DNA of 63,964 nucleotides, counting the filler, from Intoshia linei (lineage: Eukaryota; Animalia; Orthonectida): assembly GCA_001642005.1 (NCBI GenBank). It is 6 parts of 6 records of this genome, joined end to end, with 100 filler letters (N's around TTAATTAATTAA, not from the genome) between each part and the next. Parts side by side here need not be neighbours in the genome. Positions count along the whole stretch, not along the records: positions 25,026 to 45,884 come from LWCA01000666.1; positions 45,985 to 61,251 come from LWCA01000921.1; 4 more parts are not named here. One strand, 5' to 3'. Below, one piece after another: positions 38,671 to 50,068 of the stretch; within the stretch, counting starts at the first letter, position 1, and each line of letters opens with the position of its first letter. The notes below the pieces were generated by a model that made no database searches, had not been told where the DNA came from, and saw only the letters and a program-made list of their open reading frames with translations. The translations under genes were made by a program, and so were the position numbers.

Positions 38671-39743
38671 CACTTTAGATCGGTGTCGCTTCTTTCCTGT
38701 GCGGTAAATTTTGTCTAAAAATTGATAAGATATTCTGAAAATATTTTAAGATCCCTGAATATAATTTTTATTTTGTCACAGTGTAAAAATTATAAATATT
38801 AATATTTATTAATAAGTATGACAAACACTAATTATCGTTGCATAGTGTAATTTTCCTTGAATTTATATCTTGTATGTCTCTAAAAGTAAAATTTAAGAAA
38901 GTTACATACAAAATAAATGTAATAGCACGCATAGTTATCATAAAGATTTTATTAAAGTGAATCAGAGTCGATCCTGCTGTATCGAGACCTCTTTGGGAGC
39001 ATTCGACGTAATTTTTCGAAAACTTAAAAAAATATTTTGGACGATCATAACTATTTTGTATGTCAAATTTAAAACATCACGTTTAGACATGCAGTAGGGC
39101 CGGGTCATATAGTCCTATCCACGATCCTGTCTGTTTATAGGTGGCTAGGAGTTATACGGTATTACACATTACATTACATCCCTTGTGAAACATTTTTTCG
39201 GCATCTTTTTTGATTTTGGAGGATCGAACAAATCTATTCGGTGTTCGACTCTGATCGATAATTATAATACAATTTTTACTGAGATTTCAAAAATTTGTTT
39301 CCATTTCACAAATTGGCAACTTCGCCTTATATCAAAATAAAATGTTTAGTCCATTATGTTATATAAGTTTAAGAGGCCCGCGAAAAAATATTATTTGAAA
39401 TAAGGTGCCCGTAGTGATTTAGGTGTAAGAACCATTGAATATGTAGATAATTATCAAAAAAAACTTGAATAATTATTTATTCAATATTTAGGATTTTTAT
39501 TTACGTTTTTTGTTGATAATATTTCAAAAATTAACACATTGTCCAATAAACCCACTCGAATTCCGAAATGTTCACATAATCATTATGTACAATGTACATA
39601 TCGATCAGTAGCTGGAGGGTGTATATTTTTTAGTATAATAGCATTAAAAAAAATTTCAAATCACGCAATTTTCTAACATTTCAAAGAATGGAAGAACAAT
39701 TGGTATAAACAATGAATTTTAAATAAATGCAATAAATATTACC

Positions 39744-42436
39744 TTCTATGTCCACTGTGCTCTCTCAAATAGTCAATCTATAAAATGTAATTAAAATATA
39801 CAAAATTATCATCCACACTTCTTGCATACATCTTGTCGAATTGTCTACTTTTGGAGAAAAGAGTAGAATCCATTAATTATAACCATAAGTTATTATAAGA
39901 GAATACTCTTTAATCCAACCATTTTTATTAAAAATCAAAATTTACCAACCCTTAAGGGAAAAATCCATAACTGTATAATATGCAGTGTATATTATACAAT
40001 GTTTATAAAACTAGAAATCTAATAAGTAATATTTATTTGGATTTTCATTTAATTTTCGTTACAAACTTGACAAATTATTATTATTTAAAGTGGAATATTT
40101 TTGATCTTTTATGAAATAGTTTATGCAATTGTATAAAAGTGAATTTTTCCTTTTAGGAAATACATGCTATGTATATTAAAAATTTATGGGGTTGAAATTT
40201 TGTATTTATATCAACTGGAATAAGCTGTATCAGAATAATTTTTCTTTATTTTAAATTGTATGACCGTTAATTATTTCAAATTTTTTGTTTTAATAAAATA
40301 GTTTCGAAATAAAAAAATGAATACTAAACTGCTTTTTTGACCGTGAAGGTAGATTTTGTCAGATTGAAATATTTTATTAAAATTCTATGGCCTTTTACAT
40401 TTATTAAAAAATGGTGATTTGGGATTTTGGCCCTGAAGATGTAACGTTTTGTAAATTTAAATTTATGAAAATGTTCATGATTTTAAAATCTGTACAGAAT
40501 TTATATTTTTTAAACTATAGAACTCGTTTGATTTTCAAAATAAAGGATCATTAGGGTATTTGACCGGTAAGATGTAAGTTTCTGAGATTGAAATTTATCT
40601 TAATTTCACCCGTAAACATCTGTAATAGAAATGTGGAATTTTTAAAATTCTAGGTCTCTTAGTTATTGAAATAAATGATAACAGACAGACAAACAAAGCA
40701 TTGTATATAAGTAAGGATATATGTTTAATAGGTCTTAATAATAATAGTGAATACCCTACCATACATATGTGTTGGGTTTTTAAAATTTATATTAGAGCTT
40801 TTTCGGTCAGGGATACGAGGATATTTTAATCGAATCGATTTAATTCCAAGTCGGAACTTAATAATTCCCAGTAATATTAAACTAATAAATAAATTGATGT
40901 AATATCCAATGGATTATTTATGATTATAATCCACTCTACTAAATTTTCATGATTTTACACGAAAAAAATATATAAATGCTACCTGATTCTTTTTTAATTT
41001 GATGGTATCTTTGAAAACAACCCACTGAATGTGTTCTGTAAATGGAGCCGTCGTTAATGAACCAATATATGTAAAATATGGATATTTATCATTAGTTTTA
41101 TCTAAATTATAATTAATAATTATTTTCCGGTATTCTAAAAGTCTCACCCAATATTATTTTCTTTTTACATTTGATATATTATGGGTTCTTAACCTGGGGT
41201 GGCGGCCACCCTAGGGGCGCCAAACTAAAAGCTAAAAGCTAAAAGGGGTTTTTTGGGGAGGGGGATGGAACGTGCCAGAAAATTTTTCCATAAAAATATT
41301 TTTACAGCCATGTTTTTTAAATTTGAATGAAGTTTTGAAAATAAAGTTAGATTTATTAATTTAACTTTTATAAATATTTTAATATGTATATTAGGATGTC
41401 CATTTTTTTTTTATTAGAAAAACCCTATTTTTGCACGTAGAGGCCTTTTTTGATTTTAAACTTTAAATTTTGATTATAGTTTAATAGTTGTTTGAGTAAA
41501 AATTTTTTATTGTGCTGTCAGCGTAATAATTTATACCTACATTTGGCCCGCCAAGAAAATTGAGTTTGACACCCCTAGTCATGACTCATGACATAATCAT
41601 CCGATGTGGTATATATTAAACATTACACAATGACAGGAACGATATACAATTATTAGTAATTGTAAAAAACATAAATTTCAAGTAAATTATAAAAATTAAT
41701 ATTTTTCAATTTTTAACTAGATCCGCCCATACCTGTCCAAACACGACCGACGGGTCGGATTGGCCGTGGTATATGGAGTTATCAGTGCCGGTTGTAGTGC
41801 TCTTATTATTCAATAATTAATCAATATATATATTACTTGGAAACAGATGTCTTAAGTTAAACGAAATGTTTGTTCCAACAGCATTTTGTTTATTAATATA
41901 GTGCAAATTTTTTGTCCACTTTTCATTTTCGCTCACCGAATCATCCTATTCATTTTATTTAAAAATATTTACTTTATATACAGTAGTTATTATAAACAAA
42001 ATGGTTTATGTCCGCAGAGTCGAACCTACTCAGCTCTAGGCCACCAAAAATGAAAAAGAGCCTCATAAATTTTTTTTCACAATCGATCCATAGTGTCATA
42101 TATCCCTAACGACCTCTATAAGGCTCTTGCTTTATATATTAAATTTATCACGCAAAATATGATGTGATACAAAAATTATGATATTCAAAAATATAATTTA
42201 TTATTCCAAAATTTTTTGAATGCTCAATTTGGAAAAATGATGGCTCTATTTTACAAACATTTTCTTGAGCCCACAAAAATTTTGGCAACTTCTGCATTCC
42301 ACTACAACTATATTATTAAAATATTGGGTTTTTAATTTACCTCATCAATTAAAACTCCAAATATTGTCAACCCGTTTACATATCCCATTGCATCATAAAA
42401 TGAATCATATATTGAGTTGTAAGTTATTATATGTAT
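39744..42436 (-). CDS. Alpha-carbonic anhydrase-like gene, only the C-terminal half visible
   Basis: Exons IHIITYNSIYDSFYDAMGYVNGLTIFGVLIDE / DDSVSENEKW...FNLRHLFP / YFTYIGSLTTAPFTEHIQWVVFKDTIKLKKNQ / IDYLREH match the alpha-CA signatures HLVHxN..GLAVLG and GSLTTPPCxExVxW. Confidence 0.8.
40180..40717 (-). mobile_element. Helitron copy in a carbonic anhydrase intron
   Basis: Family core sequence plus tatataagtaagga end. Confidence 0.75.
42010..42310. repeat. Second interspersed repeat family (similar copy at about 52650-52870)
   Basis: Shared segments cgaacct...agctc.gcc...aaaatgaaaaa...tagtgtca(t/c)atatcccta...tattttacaaa. Confidence 0.55.
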
Positions 42437-43703
42437 CTAAAAATTGAATTTATTAAATATCATCTACCAGGGTGTTCCAAAGCGTGGCCATCGAAATTGT
42501 TTAGTAATATATTTTTAAAAACATTGATTTACACAAATATCATAATTACCTCATTATCTAGCATTCATTTTAATTTTTTAAAAATAATTAGGTCTTTCGG
42601 TACTAATTATTCTCGACTTGTTACTTTTTGTACTTTACTATTATAATTCTAACTTTTTGGACCTTTTGTGCTATTATAACGTTATTAAATACTAATTATG
42701 TTTTTAATTACGTAATATTCATATCACGATACTTGTAATTTTCTGATTAATCTACGAAATTTTGACTTTTTGTACTTATATTTGCCTTTGAACTATATTT
42801 TTTAATGATGGCCCGCGAAATGTGTAAAATTTATTTTGTGACCCAGAAGTCCTCACTCGCCATGTGATTGGACCACTCTGTCATATACTATTCAAACTGG
42901 CTCATACTGCAACCTATCTTTAACAATGTTACAGTGTAACACAGTGCCTCTCATGGGGTAAATACAACATTTTTATGATAGGGCTGAATGAATAATTACA
43001 GTCGATTCTATTATATATGAACATCCTAGATTATGAACTCAGCTCAATATTTTGAATCTCAAAAGTATGAGATTCTTATGAAAAAAGATTTTTTTAATGT
43101 GAACATTGTCATTTTTGAACAATGAACATGTTTTTATTTTTTTAATATTTAAACAACAGTAGACGATATTCATAGCAACACTTTCCATTACAACACATTC
43201 TAATACAACACGTTCAAAAATGATATTCAATTGTAACATTTTCTATAGTAAATGTATAGAAAATCACTTCATCAATGGAATCTTGATTATACGTACATCA
43301 AATATTTAGACTCAATTAATTTTAAAATAAAATTTCATCATTATTACTAATTACTAATTAGTTTGTACGTAGTACATAACAGTAAAGTAAGTATATTATT
43401 AACAAATTATTTTGTGTGTCGTTGATAACGATATGCATCATTTTTAAAATATTAACGTTTCTATTATCGTATATATACGTTATTACACGATAATTATTAA
43501 TAAGATTTTCCATTACAACACCAAAAAAATGTTATGAATAGCGTTATAGTATTTATTAAAATCTAAATATTATCAAGTTTTAACTTGAAATAATTAATTT
43601 AATTGTTAAATCATTTAACACAAAATACAGTGATTTTACAAATGAGAATATTCTTAAACCCAACCATTTTGACTAAAATCCAGGGAATAATCGGGTAGAA
43701 TAG

Positions 43704-44297
43704 GTAGTAATAATTGGGTTGAACCCTCTTGGTGTCGATATTTGTAAAAATTTGGTTTTAGCCGGAATAGAAACAATTAATGTATATGACGATAAAGTAG
43801 TTACAGAATCAGATGTAAATACTAATTTTTTGGTTGATACAGTCGAGGATAAAACTCTTATGGAATCAGTTGCATCAAAATTATCGGAATTAAACCCTCA
43901 TGTCAAAGCTACCCCAGAAAAACAGATTAAAATGATTGTAGACACTTGTTTATTGAATCACAAACCGAAAGATGAGGTGGACAGTTGTTTAAACATTTTA
44001 TGAAAATAATTTGTAATGAATTAGATATTTAAGATCAAAGATATAAATTTAATATTTAAAGTAAATTATTTTCACGATAATGGATAAAGTCATAGTGACT
44101 AACTTTATTCATTACAGGGTTAATGAAAATGTTAAGTTTGTTTTAAAAAATTGTATTTATTGTATAAAGTATTTGTTTCATCAGTTTAAGTGAGTATTAA
44201 AACGTTTATAACATCTGTTTATCGATAATCCTTATATTTCAGAACTTCACTTTGTTTTGTTTGTGATACTGAGTTTTTATGGGATACTCCGCATTCG
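43704..44297 (+). CDS. Ubiquitin-like activating enzyme E1 (ThiF) adenylation half-domain, UBA1-N/AOS1-like, partial
   Basis: VVIIGLNPLGVDICKNLVLAGIETINVYDDKVVTESDVNTNFL...KLSELNPHVK. A later exon reads FVCDTEFYGILRI (cf. VADTRGLFGxxF). Confidence 0.8.
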
Positions 44298-44477
44298 GTA
44301 AAATTGGATATTTCTTTAATGGGTTGGTAAGACTGGAATTTTCCCAAAGGGTAGGTGAAACCAGATTTTTCCCTTAAAGGTTGGTAACTTTTTTAATTCA
44401 TGCAATTCTCTATGAATGGTTTCGAACAAACTCAAAACTATATTTCTGTGACTGGTGAATTGTGATACCATTATCGC

Positions 44478-44839
44478 TAGAGCCATTCAAACATTATGCT
44501 CTAAAGTAAAGCTGCCAGAAGTACATTTTTTTGTAAAAGTATGTTTTAGGCAGCACTGATAGAAACGTACTAAAAATTTAAGTTTATTATAATAAACTTT
44601 AATAATTTTAAAATGTAATACGCTATGGTATACGATTAATTCAAATAATGTGAAATCATTTACAATTCAAATAATAAAATATTAAATTAAATTTTAATTT
44701 ACAATTGTATTTTATATAGTTTATATGTTAAAATGTAAACAAATAAACACAAAAATGTAATTTACAATGATACAAACTTCTTTAAGATCATAATCAAAAT
44801 CTTGCGTAACCTAGTCATTATGCTCTATGAATGGCTCTA
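44478..44839. mobile_element. hAT MITE with perfect 8-bp TSD
   Basis: ATTATCGC|TAGAGCCATTCA...TGAATGGCTCTA|ATTATCGC. Confidence 0.9.
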
Positions 44840-45312
44840 ATTATCGCTATTGATGTGTTGATATTACAGAATAGTATGAACATGATCAAAACCTGATCCC
44901 TTAGTGTTCACATATAACAGAAATCACTGTAATTTCATTTTGAAAAAGTTATGTATTTAACCAATTCTTGCCAATCAATTTATCAAAGTCTACTTTTACC
45001 AACAGTATTTCAAATAATCAATTTTTACTAAACCTAACGAGAAAAAATTCAATTTTATCAAACTTTAAGGAAAAAATTCATTTTAACCAAAAAAAATATT
45101 AATAATTAAATTAAATTTTGAGTGGTGAGTTGTAGATTTTAACAATTAAGCATGAGAATTAAGGCAAACTTTTTATAACCTATAAAAAAAAAATTTGTAA
45201 CTTTATTAACCTATAAAAAATTTATAAACTGTTTTCAGTTAAATTCATGCTTCATCAATTAACAAAAGTGACTATTACTTGGAAAGTCATAAAAATAATA
45301 CAAACTATTATT

Positions 45313-45870
45313 TTATACTTTATTATGGTACAATATTAAATATATATTGTCATGTGCAAAATTTCTTTGTTTTGTTTTATTCAACATACTAAAACTTCTC
45401 TCTATTCCATTAGATGTTGATGGTCCATTTCTTAATTTACTGTATAGTGAAGGAAGCTTAGATTTATCCAAAGCCATCATTATATTTGTAATGTCATTGG
45501 TTTTCAACCTTTTTTCTATGTAATGAAGTAATGAATGCATGGATCTGGAACAAATTTTAAATTTTGTAATGTTTCAAATGCTTTATTGATGTTAAATGAG
45601 TCTTTTGCCAATTTAATCACATCATCAATAGTGTGCAGTACAAGTTGGCCATTCATATTACTATCAATTTTTTTACAATCGAATAGCATTAATTTCTGAG
45701 GGTTTTCTAATGTACCAACCATAACATTAACATATTTAACACCATTTAAATCTGTTTCACATATCATCAATATTAATTGATTTGAGCAACACAGTTTAAT
45801 TCTTTCAATTTCATTCGAATATAATTATATTATAATAGGTCAACTTTACCACGACAGTTATTTTCAGAAA
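45313..45870 (-). pseudogene. hAT transposase relic, internally deleted
   Basis: ICETDLNGVKYVNVMVG (first catalytic-D region) and PSTSNGIERSFSML (hAT C-terminal PxTSxxxERxFS motif). Confidence 0.7.
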
Positions 45871-45984
45871 GGTTTACCTATATTNNNNNNNNNNNNNNNN
45901 NNNNNNNNNNNNNNNNNNNNNNNNNNNNTTAATTAATTAANNNNNNNNNNNNNNNNNNNNNNNNNNNNNNNNNNNNNNNNNNNN

Positions 45985-47082
45985 TTTAAAAAAATTATAT
46001 CTTCATGGCCAAAACCACAAATTCCCTTCCTTTTTTTTAAAACAGCCCTAGAATTTCCAAAAATTTACAGGTGGTAGAGTTGTATCATGTTAACACACAT
46101 AAAAAATTTCAAAGTACAGTTGTATCCTGTTAACACACATAAAAAATTTCAATCCGAATAAGTGACGACCTTCACGGTAAAAAAACCATCTTAGTATTCA
46201 TATATTTTTTTTTCGAAATATTTGATTAAAACAAATAATGTTAAATAATTAACGGTCCGAAAATTTAAAAAAAAAATTATTCTGATAGAGCTTATTCCAG
46301 TTGATATAAATACAAAGTTCAACTCCAGAAATCTACGTATTCCCGGTGAAAAATAATTTTTAATATATTTAACCAATATTTTTCAAATATTTCGATTAAA
46401 ATAAAAATTGAAAATGTAAATATTGATTCTATAATTTCAAAAAAAATGTGCAGTGAACGTCTACACATTTTCAATAAAGAAATATGCGTGAAAATCTATA
46501 TAATTCATTCCTTCAGAATTTTTTTCATTGCTACGCAATTTTTAAATTTTAAATTCTGATTTTCAAAATATTTTGAATAAAATTTAAATAGAAACTAAAC
46601 AACAAAACTAAAACAACTTTGTTAATATCATTTTTATATTTATTACAATTCTTTGCAATATTGATAAAATTCGACTGAAATGTTTATAAAGTGAAGATTC
46701 GGTTAATTATTGATACATAATTAGTATTTTTAAGTATTTATTAAATTGGTACTGAATATATATCATCACATTGGAATGACAGAATAGGTTTTTATAATTT
46801 TATTTTTTCTGGAATTTATGCTATTTATGATAATTTTTAGGATTGGACTGTTTTTACTTTATTTTTAATATTATACACACAATCTGTCTTATAAATTAAA
46901 AAAATGGGATAACAATTGTTTTTAAATTCTTTACGCAAATGTTAACAAAACAAAGGATTGATAAAAGTTAATAGAATTTTTAAGTTAGATTTTGAACGTT
47001 AATTTATTTTTTTGGTATAATAAAACAGTGCCCTCGGCAGAGCTAGGTGCTGTTTGTACGTAGTACAAAACTGCCAAGCTAG
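45985..47082 (+). mobile_element. Helitron 3' portion with the clearest terminus
   Basis: Hairpin TTTGTAC-GTA-GTACAAA followed by ctgccaagCTAG|T at 47079-47083. Confidence 0.88.
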
Positions 47083-47108
47083 TGAGTGTATAATTTTAAA
47101 TATACATA

Positions 47109-48433
47109 CACTGCGTTCACGTATATTAGAACATAACTAATTTATGTCATTAATATATTTCCCCAATGATTTGAGTACATACAATTGAGTGAAATGAGAA
47201 GAGCATCTTAGTAAATGATATTTTACTTTAATTTTTTGAAACTCAATAAATTATCACTTACATTTTGCAATTAATAAAAATCGAGTTATACAGTTCTGTA
47301 TACAGTTATTAGAACATTTATTAAAAGTGATTTTTTTTTAATTTTAATTGATAAAAAATATTTTTTAATTACTACATAGATATTTGACCTTCTTGTTTTT
47401 CCATTGATCCTGTAAGTTTTGTTATTTCAGCTTCTGTTTCTTCACTACTGACAATTTTAATTTTGCGCCATAAATCATTTTATAAAATGTTTATAATATT
47501 TAATTTAAAGTTTATATTACGTCTAAAATAAATATTACCGTTTGATAATTGACCAGAAATTCTCAATACAATTGAAATCAGGGGAATAAGGCGGCATAAA
47601 TATGACCAAATCATCAATTTATCATCATGAATTCGTTTATTTTTCAAAAATTTTTTTGTCAATGCAGATGAGTGAGACGGGGCATTATCTTGTTGAACTA
47701 CAAAATGTTGAAGCTTAAATTCTTCTTGATTTCCGATCCATTTAAATAACTCTTCTTACAATAATAATTTATACTGTAGGTAATTAATCTTTATACAATT
47801 TTTGATTCTTATAGGGCCAATTAATGAACCATTACAGATACCTGCCAAGATCATAATACCACCACCCATTTGTCTCCTCATTTGCACAGGTGTTTTCATT
47901 GAGTCACATACCCAACCTAGAGACCAACCATATGGTCCGTCTAGCGTGGCTCTCATTTCATCTGTGAATATTATAATCGAGAAATCAGTTTTCATATATG
48001 ACCGAGCCGACTTTAAACGTTTTTCTATATGAATTTTTTTAAATGAGGTCTTGTAAGAGCTTTTCTTACATTTCCAAAGTTGTTTAATATTTTACAACGA
48101 GATGTTTTTGATACACTTTCTATTGTAACAACTGAAAATATTTTTTTGGAGGTTCGGAGAGGATGATTTCGCATTTCTCTATTGATATTTCTGTAGTCCC
48201 GACATGTTAAGTTACAAAGGTGGAGTTTTTTAGTACGATTTCTGATTTTATTTGGATTTTTGATAAACCTTCTTATTGTGTTGCAATTTCTATTTAGAAT
48301 TGTGCAAATTTCTTCTACATCGGTTTTATCAGCCAAGAGTTTTATTATTTGTGATTTTTCATTATCGTTTAACGTTTTACCGCGTCCCATTTACTTAATA
48401 ATATTATATGTTCTAATAAACGTGAACGCAGTG
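47109..48433 (-). mobile_element. Full-length decayed DD37E (TRT-type) Tc1/mariner transposon
   Basis: TA|CACTGCGTTCACGT-TATTAGAACATA TIRs at both ends. Transposase from ATG 48390 with FTDEMRATLDGPYGW, QQDNAPSH and PPYSPDFNCIE. D-to-E spacing is 37 after removing an 11-nt insertion. Confidence 0.9.
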
Positions 48434-48647
48434 TATGTACGATTCGTTTTTTTATATTTCAAAAATAAAATATAAAATAATTTAATGAGATATTTAAACG
48501 TTTTTAACAAATTAATTTTTTGTGTTTAGCAGATAATTTTGAGCAATTATTAGTTATTCTACATTCATATGTGGTTCACTATCATATTTTGTATTATGAC
48601 GTTGCGAATGCTTACCAAGTCTACCTAAAGTCGAAGATCGATACAGC

Positions 48648-49046
48648 CAGAGCCGTTTTAAGGCATAGGCAATATGGGGTATAGCCCAGGGCCCCAAATT
48701 AATAAAAGTACTTTACATTTATATCTTAAATAGAGGCCCCAATTTATTAAAAAATGCTTCACATTTATATCTTAAGAATCAGTTTATAAGTTTTAAAGTG
48801 TGGCAATTCAAATTGCTAGAAAGAAAATAGTTTAAAGAATCAAAGTTCTGGTAATTATTTAATTTAAAATATAATGCTTTTAATGCTTTTAGTAATACTC
48901 AATGAAATAAGGCTCTAAGTCTCCAACCAACAGTATGCTCTGTCTTCTAAACAGGGGACATAATTTTTTTTATCGCTTCGCTCGAAATTTTAAAGGCCTG
49001 GCCTTTTGCTTAGCCCAGGGCCACAAAGTGGCTTAAGACGGCTCTG
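48648..49046. mobile_element. hAT MITE with 8-bp TSD (1 mismatch)
   Basis: GATACAGC|CAGAGCCGTTTTAAG...CTTAAGACGGCTCTG|GATGCAGC. Confidence 0.88.
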
Positions 49047-50068
49047 GATGCAGCATATTATTTTTTTCAAATCTAACACGCTGATTTACATAAATTTATA
49101 TTTTAACCAAATTTTGGATATTTTTTATTTTTTCAACAATTCTTCCAGGAAATAATAAAAATCCCAGGTATTTTGTCCCGGTATTTTTCCTGACCATAAT
49201 AACTTTAATTTCTAATTTTAAACTAATTTTAAATTTTTTCACCGACCAGTACTGGTCTGCGCACAAGGCATTTGGGAAAGGCTACCATAAAATGTATGAT
49301 AAATAACATTAATAATGTATCAGTTTATATTTAACAAAAATTGTTGAATCAACACAACAGAATTGAAGGATATGAATGAGTAACTTATTAGTAACTAATT
49401 AATTTTGCTTTATATTTGATATTAGTTAGCAAAAGATTTAATTAAATCAGCACAATAGTAATAGATAAACTAAATCCGGTATACACTATATTCAAAAGCA
49501 TTAATCCAGAAAATAACAAATTAATAAGAGCTTGCGTGCCAATTAATAATGTGTTACATTAGTAATATGGATAAAATATTGTTTTAATTATCTTTCAATA
49601 ATATAAAGTAGGCACATGTTTTGTTTGAATCAAATTGACTCTAGTAAATGTTGACGCCTTATTTACATATGGTGCATAAAATTAATCAATCTAGTCAGTA
49701 CGAACGAAACTTGAAAAAATACATTTTATAAAGTAATCAATGACAATTTTTTAACAAAAGAATTATAATGCAAAAATTTCTCTTTTATTACACATATTAA
49801 TGCCACTGAGCATTGTGGTTATCAATTCATTTGCACATTGAGTTATCTAACAATTAACCGCATGGTTGAGTATGTTCTTTAAACACATCTTTTTCATTAT
49901 CTCTATGTATTCTAGTGGATATATATCTGTCAGATTTGACTTTAATTGTAATTAAGTTTTGCATTTCGGATTCTTTTGTGCTTGTTTTTTTTACTCTACG
50001 TGTACATTGCACAAATGGTTCATTTTTATAATCAAAATACTCAAAATATTCAATTTGTTGATATTGCA

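Noticed and set aside
41720-41800. 5S rRNA-like GC-rich stretch
   Set aside because: Better explained as a decayed Charlie-type MITE end (tgtccaaac..cggcccgcgggccggat). The rest of 5S is absent.
43039-43239. 66-aa ORF as the carbonic anhydrase N-terminus
   Set aside because: No CA motifs, and it overlaps a TA|CAGTCGATTC Tigger-like MITE starting near 42999.
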